A DNA stretch of 64,000 nt. It comes from a bacterium. GTDB taxonomy: Bacteria; Bacteroidota; Ignavibacteria; Kapaibacteriales; UBA2268. The stretch lies in NCBI GenBank assembly GCA_037127915.1, contig JBAXXL010000023.1, positions 319-64,318 on the forward strand, in the 5' to 3' direction. A program made the position numbers and the translations under genes. The notes below the pieces were generated by a model that was not told the origin of the DNA, did not search any database, and saw only the letters and a program-made list of their open reading frames with translations. Of the stretch, positions 48,947 through 58,017 are shown piece after piece; within the stretch, counting starts at the first letter, position 1, and each line of letters starts with the position of its first letter.

Positions 48947-49744
48947 ATGAAAATAAATGACGATAAATATTATAAGCAATACCAAGATTTGATCGGTGTA
49001 AATATTGATAATCTTATCAAGTCATTTGATTTTAACGAAGCAGAGACCGATTTAGGATATAAAACTCAGGCAAGTGCTGTATTTTCTTCGAATATCGAAG
49101 GAAATACCATTGATTTGAATTCATTTATGAATTATAAATTATCGCAGGAAAAATTTAAATCCCACAAAGAAATTCGGGAAATCGAAGATTTAGTTTCCGC
49201 TTATGAATTTGCTCAATCCAACCAACTTAATGAAAAGACATTTTTGCATTGTCATAAAATTTTCTCAAAAAATTTAGTTATCGAAAGCAAGCAAGGAAAG
49301 TATCGCACTGAGAAAGTCGGAGTTTTTGGTCAATCAGGACTTGTTTATTTAGCAGTGGAACCGGAATTTGTTCAAGAAGAAATGAAAGAGTTTTTCAAAG
49401 GTATAGCCGATTTACTAAAAATGAATTTATCAAATTCCGAAGTATTTTATTATGCCTCTCTGATTCATCTTAAATTTGTTCATATACATCCTTTTATGGA
49501 TGGGAATGGACGCGCCGCCCGATTAATTGAAAAATGGTTCATCTCTGAAAAGTTGGGTGAAAGATTTTGGAAACTTTTATCCGAAAAATATTATAAAGAG
49601 CATCAGGCGAAATATTATAATAATATCAATTTAGGTGTGAATTATTATGAGTTGAATTACGACAGATGCCTTCCCTTTTTGATGATGCTACCGCAAGCGA
49701 TGGATAATAGTTCGAAAAATACCAATAACTACTTAACAACCTAA
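48947..49744 (+). CDS. fic: Fic-family protein (class II, cis inhibitory motif)
   Basis: 265 aa. Fic active-site motif HPFMDGNGRAARL. N-terminal [ST]xxxE[GN] inhibitory motif SSNIEGN. Confidence 0.85.
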   Translation: MKINDDKYYKQYQDLIGVNIDNLIKSFDFNEAETDLGYKTQASAVFSSNIEGNTIDLNSFMNYKLSQEKFKSHKEIREIEDLVSAYEFAQSNQLNEKTFLHCHKIFSKNLVIESKQGKYRTEKVGVFGQSGLVYLAVEPEFVQEEMKEFFKGIADLLKMNLSNSEVFYYASLIHLKFVHIHPFMDGNGRAARLIEKWFISEKLGERFWKLLSEKYYKEHQAKYYNNINLGVNYYELNYDRCLPFLMMLPQAMDNSSKNTNNYLTT

Positions 49745-49899
49745 TGCTTAAGCGTAAGGTTGAAAAACATTATTCCTATTTAAATCTCAAATTATTCTTA
49801 TTAATAAAAAAAATCTTTGTGTAACGAAATTACAAAAAATGTGTATATAGACTAATACTTTATGAAAAAATAATTTTTTTATATTTTATTGGAGTATAT

Positions 49900-51294
49900 A
49901 TGAGATATTTATGGTCAATTTTGTTATTATTATGTCTTTCTCTGATAACTGTTGTAGCAAAAGAGAATGATAATCGGAATAAAACAAATCCCTTATTACA
50001 AGGGAATAAGGAATTACTGGACCAAGTCGTACTTTATTCAGCTAACGGTGATTCAACCAAAAGCATTTACGAATATGATGCTAATGGAAATTTAGCAACC
50101 ACTTTAACAAAAAAATGGCAAACAGAAAAGTGGGAAGATTCAAAAAAATATTCTTATACTTACAATCAAGACAATAAGCAGATATTACAGCTTGATGAAG
50201 AATTTAAAAATGATGCTTGGCAAAGTACACAACGTTCTACTATGACTTACGACGCTTATGGATTTTTATCACAAAATTTGATCGAAGTTTTCAAAAATGA
50301 TCAATGGATTAATCAAAGCCTCACCTCTTATGCAAACACTGAAAATGGAGATGTATTGTCTTACAGATTTGAAGTATGGTTGAATGATAAATGGGAACTC
50401 GCGCGGGCTCAAGATTATACTTATAATGAAAATGGTAAAAAGTCCAATTATACTGATGAGAGCTGGGAAGCGGGTCATTTGACAAGAAAGATGCGTACAA
50501 ATTACGGTTATGATGTAAAGGGAAATCAAATTACTGAAAGTCTTGAGATGTACGAAAATGAAGTGTGGACTGAAGTTTACCGTGCTAATTATACTTATGA
50601 TTCTGAAGGGAATAACACTCTGTATGTTTCCGAAAACCAGCAGGATGGCGAGTGGTCTTTTACAGAACGTAGAACTAGCGAATACGATTCCAAAGGTAAT
50701 ATGTTGTCGGAAAGAGATGAATGGTTTGATGGAACAAAATGGTTTTATTTTGCAAAATATACGTATACATTCAGTGAAAATAATCATGAACTTACATTTT
50801 TACAACAAAGTTATGACACAATTAATTTAGTTTGGGAAGATCATTATAGGAGAACTACTACCGAGAATGAGAAAGGCAATATTTCTTCTATTGTTTCTGA
50901 AGCTTGGGTAAGCGATAAATGGGTAAAAGACAATAATATGCTAGTTATTTTTGATAAAACGGGCAAAATGTTTACATATATTGGATGTAAAATTGAAGTT
51001 TCATATAAAGAGGTAAATGATGTTAAAGAAGAACCTGAACATCAAATAATACTTAGTTGTTCGCCTAATCCGGCAGGTGATTTTATAACGATAAGCGCGG
51101 GAGCAATCAACCCCATGCTTAAGCATGGGGTTGATGCCGCTACTGAAATCATTATCTATAATACTCTCGGCGAAAAAGTATTATCTGTAGGAACAGGTCG
51201 TGACCTGTCCGCACCGATTAATATTTCCGATTTACCAAAAGGTATGTATTTTATAAAGGTTGGAACTGAAACAACGAAATTTGTAAAGATGTAA
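49900..51294 (+). CDS. T9SS cargo protein with tandem YD/RHS-like repeats
   Basis: 464 aa. Signal peptide. ~25-aa periodic W.....Y.YD..GN units (YEYDANGN, YTYNENGK, YTYDSEGN, SEYDSKGN). Sorting domain SPNPAGDFITISAGAINPMLKHGVD...LSVGTGRDLSAPINISDLPKGMYFI. Confidence 0.65.
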   Translation: MRYLWSILLLLCLSLITVVAKENDNRNKTNPLLQGNKELLDQVVLYSANGDSTKSIYEYDANGNLATTLTKKWQTEKWEDSKKYSYTYNQDNKQILQLDEEFKNDAWQSTQRSTMTYDAYGFLSQNLIEVFKNDQWINQSLTSYANTENGDVLSYRFEVWLNDKWELARAQDYTYNENGKKSNYTDESWEAGHLTRKMRTNYGYDVKGNQITESLEMYENEVWTEVYRANYTYDSEGNNTLYVSENQQDGEWSFTERRTSEYDSKGNMLSERDEWFDGTKWFYFAKYTYTFSENNHELTFLQQSYDTINLVWEDHYRRTTTENEKGNISSIVSEAWVSDKWVKDNNMLVIFDKTGKMFTYIGCKIEVSYKEVNDVKEEPEHQIILSCSPNPAGDFITISAGAINPMLKHGVDAATEIIIYNTLGEKVLSVGTGRDLSAPINISDLPKGMYFIKVGTETTKFVKM

Positions 51295-51334
51295 ATGAGT
51301 TAGTAAAGATTTTTTTTTATAAAGTTAAAAGAAG

Positions 51335-51375
51335 AAAACGTCCGACACGTGAAACAGGTGCCGGACGTTTTGATT
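51335..51375 (+). terminator. Hairpin terminator (AAAACGTCCG ... CGGACGTTTT) after 49900..51294
   Basis: 10-bp stem with 17-nt loop, followed by TTTTGATT. Confidence 0.5.
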
Positions 51376-51387
51376 ATACATTCTGAA

Positions 51388-51480
51388 CGCAGTGAAGAAT
51401 CCATCTTCTTGAATAGCCACGACTTTTTTTCCTCGGGTCAAGAGTTCCTCTTGACGCGGCGTAATTCGTAATTGATTGAT
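51388..51480. repeat. Family-A repeat copy (X module plus CGTAATTCGTAATTGATTGAT)
   Basis: CATTCTGAACGCAGTGAAGAATCCATCTTC and GCGTAATTCGTAATTGATTGATAATG. Direct repeat of 57716-57890, flanking the three-gene operon. Confidence 0.6.
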
Positions 51481-51486
51481 AATGTA

Positions 51487-54171
51487 TTAATTTTCCAGTT
51501 TAATTATTCTCAAAAAACTTGGTGTTTTGTTTTCAATTAGTTTATTTTTTATACGATGAAAACTTTGTGTTACCACATCGAGATTTCTATATTTTTCTAC
51601 AGAGCGGACCGAATAAATCTTTCCCGTTATCTCAACGATTTCAACATCCATTCCCGGAATTTGGTTTAGTCTTTCTTTATATTTGCTAGCATTTTCGAGA
51701 TTTTGATAAACACCAAAGCTTACAACAAACTGGTTGCACTCTTTAATAAGCGGCATTGCAAACTCTTTTATAGCTAGTGGAAAACGTTTTATCGCTGTTT
51801 GAATGGAATCGGTAAACACATTTGCTTCCGCTTCGGATTGGAAACTATTGGAGAATAATCTATGCGCTCCTGTACCCGATCCATCGTCAGCAATATTCAA
51901 ATTGTTTTCGAAATATCCAAAAGAATAATCGATGAGGATTTTTTGAATGTCTTCCGCCTCTTTTCTATTATCAAATTTTAGTTCTACCGTATAGTAACAA
52001 TTCTCTTTAACCGGTTGCTGTTTTTCGAAATCGAAATCCCGCGGCACAGCATCAAGTGAAATCTCAATCCTCCGCATCAAAGCATCGGTTTGAACGATAG
52101 AATCTTTTTGTCTATAGATACCTTTGCCGTTTATTTCGTATTTTACACGTTTGCTATCATAAGCCGATCTATACACTTGGCTGGTTGACATAAGATGATT
52201 GTGGATAGTTTCATAAGTATAGTATGCCCGCAACATAGAGAGCATCACATTACCATTCTGGCCGCCGGTAACTCCATCGATATTAAATTTGACCATTTTG
52301 TTATTAGTATCAATTAATGAAGCTATTTGGAAAGCTTGTCTATGAGAAATTTTTAAATCATTTACTATTAAATCCTTACCTGTATATACCCCATCCAAGC
52401 CGTGCGCATCGGTATAGCCATTAATAGTAATTCTTAGTACCAGCGAGTCGCCGCAAGTTATTTCTTTCAATTGTAATATAGGCAGTTTGCTGTTAATATC
52501 GTCATAAATTTTAGATTCGAAATACGCGTCAATGTGTCTTGGAACGGTATCGTACTTCCAATCATTATCCTTATAATTTGCTCCTTTCAATTGTCCTGTA
52601 CGCTTCTCATTTTGGAAAATATCCCAATTCTCTTTAGTCAGCGGTCGCCAATATCCGGTAATGAAGTAAGGTACTCCGCTCTGGTCGGAGAAAATAATTG
52701 TACCTAAATCGCTACCCACTATATCCACAACTAAATCTTGTATAATTAATTTGTCATAATCCGGTGTTTCAAATTTAACTGGATCGCATTTATATATCGG
52801 GTTATCAACTTTCAAAATATAAGTTGAATTTTTCTTTAGATTTGAAAATTCTTCGCCGTTTTTCACTTTACCGACTATATTACCTGCTTCATCTTCGATT
52901 ATCACGGTAACCAATCCAAGAAAATCGTTACTTGTAGTATCTTTATCAATAGATGTACAACGATCTCTAAGTTGAATATTAATTAACACACTAATTGTTA
53001 GCGATGTACCAGGATTTATGTCCTCATTCTCAACACCACAAGCATATATATCATATTTCCCTTGATTGTCTTTTCTGGAGAAGTAGAGGCTTGTACCATT
53101 GTCACTCAAAAAAGGAGATATTTCGTCGTTACTTGTATTGATAATTCCCGGAAAAGTTAATCGCAATTTGCTCTTTGATATTTTGGCATTGTTTATATTT
53201 CTTACGTTTTTCCAAGTATCATTAAGATCGCTTTCTGCAATATAGATATCGAAACCGCCTTTACCATTTGGCCTGTTAGATGAAAAGTAGAAATTACCAT
53301 CGTTGCCTATATGAGGGAATGTTTCGTCATATTGGGTGTTTATCGAATTCAGGGGCAGAGGGGTATCCCAATTACCGGAAACTTTTTTAGAATACCAAAT
53401 ATCCAATCCGCCTTTACCGCCGGGGCTGTTTGAAACGAAATATAGAACCTTTCCGTTAGGAGATAGCATAGGCTGTGATTCCCAGTAATCGTCAGTGTTA
53501 ACAGCATCTATAGGTGTAGGTTTAGTGTAACCGTTTGTCGTTTTTTTAAACTCGTATAAATCCCAGTTTTTACTTGTTCCTACGGTATCGAATTGTCTAT
53601 CAGCCGCAATTATGAAGTTAGAGCCGTCTAATGATGTAATCGGTCCCCGGATAAGGTTATCGTTTTGCGATCCTGTTACTAAAATTTTCGGTTTGCCCCA
53701 CCCTGTCCATGGATCCAATTTACCACCGGTATTGACTCTCGTTGAATAAAATACATCACCAAAGTTCTTCTCATCTGTAATTAAAGAATAATATTTTGAA
53801 TGTTTTTTCGGCTTTTTAATAACAGCTTTGGGAGAATTACCAACCAACCAGCCAAACGGAAAATAATTCCAAAATCCGTATCGTTGCGGTTTATCATATA
53901 TTCTGGACGAAGTAAACCAAAGGATTTCACTATTTCCATTACGTGTTATTACAGGTGCATACTCGTCGGTTATATACTTGTCATAATACAATGCGTGTTT
54001 CTTGGAACTAAAAATCGATGTACTCCCGATTGTATCTGATGTTACGTTAATAATAGCGGGAAGTATCTTGCAATCTAAATCTTGCGCCTTCAAACCCAAA
54101 CAGTTAGAAGACAATCCTATAGCACAAAAAACTAAAACTTTTTTTATATTCATACTGTTAAATAAATTCAT
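51487..54171 (-). CDS. Envelope protein: TolB-like WD40/PD40 beta-propeller repeats, OmpA-like domain and C-terminal SPOR-like domain
   Basis: 894 aa. Signal peptide. PD40-like repeats (PMLSPNGKVLYFVSNSPGGKGGLDIWYS; PHIGNDGNFYFSSNRPNGKGGFDIYIA; PFLSDNGTSLYFSRKDNQGKYDIYA). GYTDAHG OmpA-like segment. SPOR-like tail. Confidence 0.55.
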   Translation of the reverse strand: MNLFNSMNIKKVLVFCAIGLSSNCLGLKAQDLDCKILPAIINVTSDTIGSTSIFSSKKHALYYDKYITDEYAPVITRNGNSEILWFTSSRIYDKPQRYGFWNYFPFGWLVGNSPKAVIKKPKKHSKYYSLITDEKNFGDVFYSTRVNTGGKLDPWTGWGKPKILVTGSQNDNLIRGPITSLDGSNFIIAADRQFDTVGTSKNWDLYEFKKTTNGYTKPTPIDAVNTDDYWESQPMLSPNGKVLYFVSNSPGGKGGLDIWYSKKVSGNWDTPLPLNSINTQYDETFPHIGNDGNFYFSSNRPNGKGGFDIYIAESDLNDTWKNVRNINNAKISKSKLRLTFPGIINTSNDEISPFLSDNGTSLYFSRKDNQGKYDIYACGVENEDINPGTSLTISVLINIQLRDRCTSIDKDTTSNDFLGLVTVIIEDEAGNIVGKVKNGEEFSNLKKNSTYILKVDNPIYKCDPVKFETPDYDKLIIQDLVVDIVGSDLGTIIFSDQSGVPYFITGYWRPLTKENWDIFQNEKRTGQLKGANYKDNDWKYDTVPRHIDAYFESKIYDDINSKLPILQLKEITCGDSLVLRITINGYTDAHGLDGVYTGKDLIVNDLKISHRQAFQIASLIDTNNKMVKFNIDGVTGGQNGNVMLSMLRAYYTYETIHNHLMSTSQVYRSAYDSKRVKYEINGKGIYRQKDSIVQTDALMRRIEISLDAVPRDFDFEKQQPVKENCYYTVELKFDNRKEAEDIQKILIDYSFGYFENNLNIADDGSGTGAHRLFSNSFQSEAEANVFTDSIQTAIKRFPLAIKEFAMPLIKECNQFVVSFGVYQNLENASKYKERLNQIPGMDVEIVEITGKIYSVRSVEKYRNLDVVTQSFHRIKNKLIENKTPSFLRIIKLEN

Positions 54172-54200
54172 TGCTCAACTCCTAATGATATAGTAATTAT

Positions 54201-56393
54201 CTAAAACAAAATTGGATAAATAGCTCTGAAATCAATACCTGAAAGATGGAAAATATTGGTGTCCACTTCGCGGCCCAAATATCTGCCTTCTATGTGTAAA
54301 ATTCCAATTTCGCATGGAATACCTGTATTCGAATCATCTTTATTACTCCATAAAACATATACAGCTTTAAGAAGTAATTTTTCATTAGGGTCTGCACTGA
54401 CAGGATTCCCGCCAACAGATGTGAAGCCGTTAGTAAATGTAAAAGTGCCATTTTGATATTCATTTCTTATTTGATTTACAACGTCTTTAGTGTTTTTAAT
54501 CTCATTGACTGTCATATATTTCCAAAACTTAACATTTTTCATTATACCGCTAGGTGCTAATTTGAGAATAGGCTCCCTATCGGTTGTCACCGTCGCTGAA
54601 TTATCGTAAACATCAATATAAAAATCACCTTGATCGGGAGGATAAGGGGCGAGTTTACCATCTATACCGCGAATACTGCGAACCAAATCCGATGTGTTGC
54701 CTTCGCTTAGGCCATTGAACCAAAACACTTGTTGTTCTTGAATGTCTACCACATCCGAAAGCTGGTTATAACCAGATATTTTTTGTAGTTCCGAAGTCTG
54801 TGGAGCTGTTGTTACTATAGCCACTACTTTAATTGTTTGAGCGGCGCATCCCGGAATATTTGAAGATAATGTAAGATAAATAGTAAACGTGCTATCTTCT
54901 GTTTTTTGGTTATTACCTCTTTTGCTTAGAACTCTATTTTGGAATTCTTCGATTGTCGGCGCGGTAAAGGTAACACCTAAGCTAAATGAATAACCAGACT
55001 TTAATGAGAATCCCGTTGAATTGGTAAAGGTAAAATACTTCAAGGATAATTGATTTTGTTCTTTATCCTCGACCGAGATTCTGATATCAACAGGATCGAA
55101 ACACGCGTCAATCGGGTAAGAAATAGTAAAACTCTCAACTTTTTTACTTGGTTCATTGGTACAAGTGTTTGCTTTTGAAAATAGGAATCGACTGCATACG
55201 CCGGTAACAAATTGATAATTTCTTTCTGTATTGCTAAATTCCAGATCAACGCCGGTTATCATTAGTTTCGGACATACATCCACGCAAGCTTTAGCTTTCA
55301 AAATTAAAAGTGTTGTACAAGTTTTATCACCGGTTTTGTAGGTAACTAAAAAAGTATCAGGTTTCATTTGGGTATCTTTTGCAGTAAACTTCAAATCAAC
55401 TTTTAATGCTTTGTTATAATTAACAGTTGCATTATATTTAGTTATTTGCCACTCCCCTATTTTGCTCAGTGATTCTATACTAATGATTTCATCCACGCAG
55501 TTTACCTTAGTATTGATAAACACTTCTTCGTTCTTATATTCTTTTGGAGTACCAAGCGTATTTCTATCATCTTCCTTATTAATAATTGTCGGTTCAAGAT
55601 CAAGACATTCGCATTTCGCTTCTACTATTTCAGCCGCTAAATTGACGGTTAATACAGCAGATTTGTCTGTACATTCAGCTTGAATCAGCAGATTTTTTGC
55701 ATATTTATTAATATTATTGATTGCATTTAACTGTACTGTAATTGTTATAGATTGACCGGTTACAAGAGTTACCGAAGAACCCGCCGCAGGGCTGACCAAT
55801 TCAAATGGCGCTATACTTGCGGCAGACGGCATTTTTAATGTAATAGGTTCGGCACCATTATTTACGAAAAGCGTTGCGCTTTTGTAATAATATTTGTCGA
55901 TTTCCGAACGGCTTATCTGAGTTGAGCCGTTTTCATCTAATATAGTTAATTTGTATGTATCATCTTTCAAATCATCACATTTCAGCGGTGGTGGCGGCTC
56001 TGGATTGAAGTACAACACCACGGTTGTGTCTTTGCAACAAGGGTAAATTGGTTCAACTTGAGTCTGCCCTTTATAACTACCTATTATTTGATACTGCTTG
56101 CCCATCGTCGGGGCTTCGAACACTAATTCCGCAAAGCCTGAATTGTCGGTAATATCTTGTGCTACATAAGTGTTGGCTAACGGGTCGAACGCCTTTATTT
56201 GTGCATTAACAGCCGGTACATTAGTTGCTTTACCGGAAGTATCGCGTAAGAAAGCATAAGCCGAGATTTTTCTTTGCGAACTATCGTTTGGCATAATTGT
56301 ATTTTGAACACATCCGCCAGCGACCATTAAAAGCAATAGCGAAACTATCAAATACCGGCTTTTAATTAAATTTATATGAATTCTTGTTTGCAT
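54201..56393 (-). CDS. Large Cys-rich lipoprotein, function unknown
   Basis: 730 aa. Lipobox MVAGGCVQN. Numerous paired Cys (PCCKD, CEC, CVDVCP). No recognisable enzymatic motif. Confidence 0.5.
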   Translation of the reverse strand: MQTRIHINLIKSRYLIVSLLLLMVAGGCVQNTIMPNDSSQRKISAYAFLRDTSGKATNVPAVNAQIKAFDPLANTYVAQDITDNSGFAELVFEAPTMGKQYQIIGSYKGQTQVEPIYPCCKDTTVVLYFNPEPPPPLKCDDLKDDTYKLTILDENGSTQISRSEIDKYYYKSATLFVNNGAEPITLKMPSAASIAPFELVSPAAGSSVTLVTGQSITITVQLNAINNINKYAKNLLIQAECTDKSAVLTVNLAAEIVEAKCECLDLEPTIINKEDDRNTLGTPKEYKNEEVFINTKVNCVDEIISIESLSKIGEWQITKYNATVNYNKALKVDLKFTAKDTQMKPDTFLVTYKTGDKTCTTLLILKAKACVDVCPKLMITGVDLEFSNTERNYQFVTGVCSRFLFSKANTCTNEPSKKVESFTISYPIDACFDPVDIRISVEDKEQNQLSLKYFTFTNSTGFSLKSGYSFSLGVTFTAPTIEEFQNRVLSKRGNNQKTEDSTFTIYLTLSSNIPGCAAQTIKVVAIVTTAPQTSELQKISGYNQLSDVVDIQEQQVFWFNGLSEGNTSDLVRSIRGIDGKLAPYPPDQGDFYIDVYDNSATVTTDREPILKLAPSGIMKNVKFWKYMTVNEIKNTKDVVNQIRNEYQNGTFTFTNGFTSVGGNPVSADPNEKLLLKAVYVLWSNKDDSNTGIPCEIGILHIEGRYLGREVDTNIFHLSGIDFRAIYPILF

Positions 56394-56427
56394 TTATTTA
56401 TTCCTTATAGTAATCTTTTTATTTAAT

Positions 56428-57444
56428 TTAAAAACTAAGACCTAATCTTAAAAAAACGGCGTTTGACAATCGGTATGGATTTAAATCCTGATTTTGCACA
56501 CATTCCGGCGGAGCAATCAACTCCGGTAGGGGCGTGTATATCCATCTGTATCCTAAATCGACACTTAAATCTATATGTTTTGTGATTGCAAATTCTTTAC
56601 CCAAACCCAGGTCCGCAAATGCACCTAACGGTTTGATATTTTTATCTTTATCCTTTTTTATGGTAATCAATCCGCCAAAGTCGGTGAAGAAAAACCAGGT
56701 GTTGCAACTTCTCATCGCACTACAACAATCCACAAAGGCATTTACATTGCTTGTGTAGCGCAAACGAATGGCGGCAGGTACAAAATACGAACCGTCCATG
56801 GGCCACAAACCGGTTAAAATACCAATTTTTGTTGACGAAGGAGTTTTGTCAAGCCAATAAAACAATTTGTCGAGAAATTTAAATCCCGTTATAGCCGATA
56901 TTTCTCCGCCTACAAGAATTTTGGAACCGCCATAGCCAAATCCAAAATCATCTTGAATATAAGTTGTGTCGGGATAGACGGTTTGATCAATCGCGTTCCA
57001 TTTTAAAGGATTTCTTCTAATACCGCCCATAGCTTTGATTTCCCATATTAATCCGCTTCTATCGCGAGAGCAGGAAAAGCAATCGGTTTGTCCGCGAATA
57101 GGTTCAATTACACTTGGTGTATTAATCCCATTTGCCATTGTAGTTATAACTTTAGTATTTATAGAATCAATTCTATAAATATTCATTTTAACATCGTAGA
57201 AAGCAAGAATTGGTTTATGACAGCTATCATAAACGACAGGTATGTAATTTGTCATAATTGAACTTAAAAATTCACCCTTATTACCTTGATTTTCCACCTT
57301 TTTTACAAATTCTATATTATATAAAGTATTTGATTTTACCTTTATATAATTTTTGTCCGGATATTCCTCTATTACCGTCTTACAAGAAGAAAGCACCAAT
57401 AATAGTGAAGTGAAACAAATAGAGACTTTTATGAAATTTACCAT
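56428..57444 (-). CDS. Lipoprotein / putative outer-membrane beta-barrel protein
   Basis: Start adjusted to MVNFIKVSICFTSLLLVLSSCKT (lipobox). C-terminal ...LRLGLSF ends in Phe, typical of outer-membrane beta-barrels. First gene of a three-gene minus-strand operon. Confidence 0.45.
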   Translation of the reverse strand: MVNFIKVSICFTSLLLVLSSCKTVIEEYPDKNYIKVKSNTLYNIEFVKKVENQGNKGEFLSSIMTNYIPVVYDSCHKPILAFYDVKMNIYRIDSINTKVITTMANGINTPSVIEPIRGQTDCFSCSRDRSGLIWEIKAMGGIRRNPLKWNAIDQTVYPDTTYIQDDFGFGYGGSKILVGGEISAITGFKFLDKLFYWLDKTPSSTKIGILTGLWPMDGSYFVPAAIRLRYTSNVNAFVDCCSAMRSCNTWFFFTDFGGLITIKKDKDKNIKPLGAFADLGLGKEFAITKHIDLSVDLGYRWIYTPLPELIAPPECVQNQDLNPYRLSNAVFLRLGLSF

Positions 57445-57707
57445 ACTTTTTTTGGGATAAAACATATTTTGAAAAATTATGATTCTCATATAATACACCT
57501 TTTTGTGATAAAAGAAACTCTGTGAGATGGGTTTTGTAAATAAATAATTGGCTCTGCACGATTTTTTAATTACTTACAAATCATCTAATATTTTCAACCC
57601 AAAAATAATTATATTTTTTGGAATAACAATTAGATTTTTAGTTATTATCTAAAATATTTTCGCTATTTATGACAAAGAGCCTAAAAAAATGGTAATTGTC
57701 AATAAAT

Positions 57708-57890
57708 GGGATCCGTCATTCTGAACGAAGTGAAGAATCCATCTTCAATTAATTAAAAATTGAAAGTTGAAAGTTGAAAATAAGAAGAAGAATTCACCGC
57801 AAAGACGCGGAGACGCGAAGAAATTGTTTTATCTGTAGGGACAGGTCGCGACCTGTCCACCTTTGCAACTCGTAATTCGTAATTGATTGA
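57708..57890. repeat. Family-A repeat, most complete copy (W-X-Y-Z, GTAG hairpin GGACAGGTCGCGACCTGTCC, CGTAATTCGTAATTGATTGAT)
   Basis: Perfect 20-nt palindrome at 57839-57858 with 5' flank GAAGAAATTGTTTTATCTGTAGG, shared with sorting-domain coding sequence at 51170-51210 and 14510-14550. Confidence 0.65.
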
Positions 57891-58017
57891 TGATTTTCTT
57901 CAATCCTGAAAGGATGGAAATATTGTAGAAAATGGAAATATACGGTGGCACTAACCCTGGAAAGGTGGTATAATAAAAATGACCTCTTTAGAGGTCATAT
58001 ATTTGTAGATATAGAAC

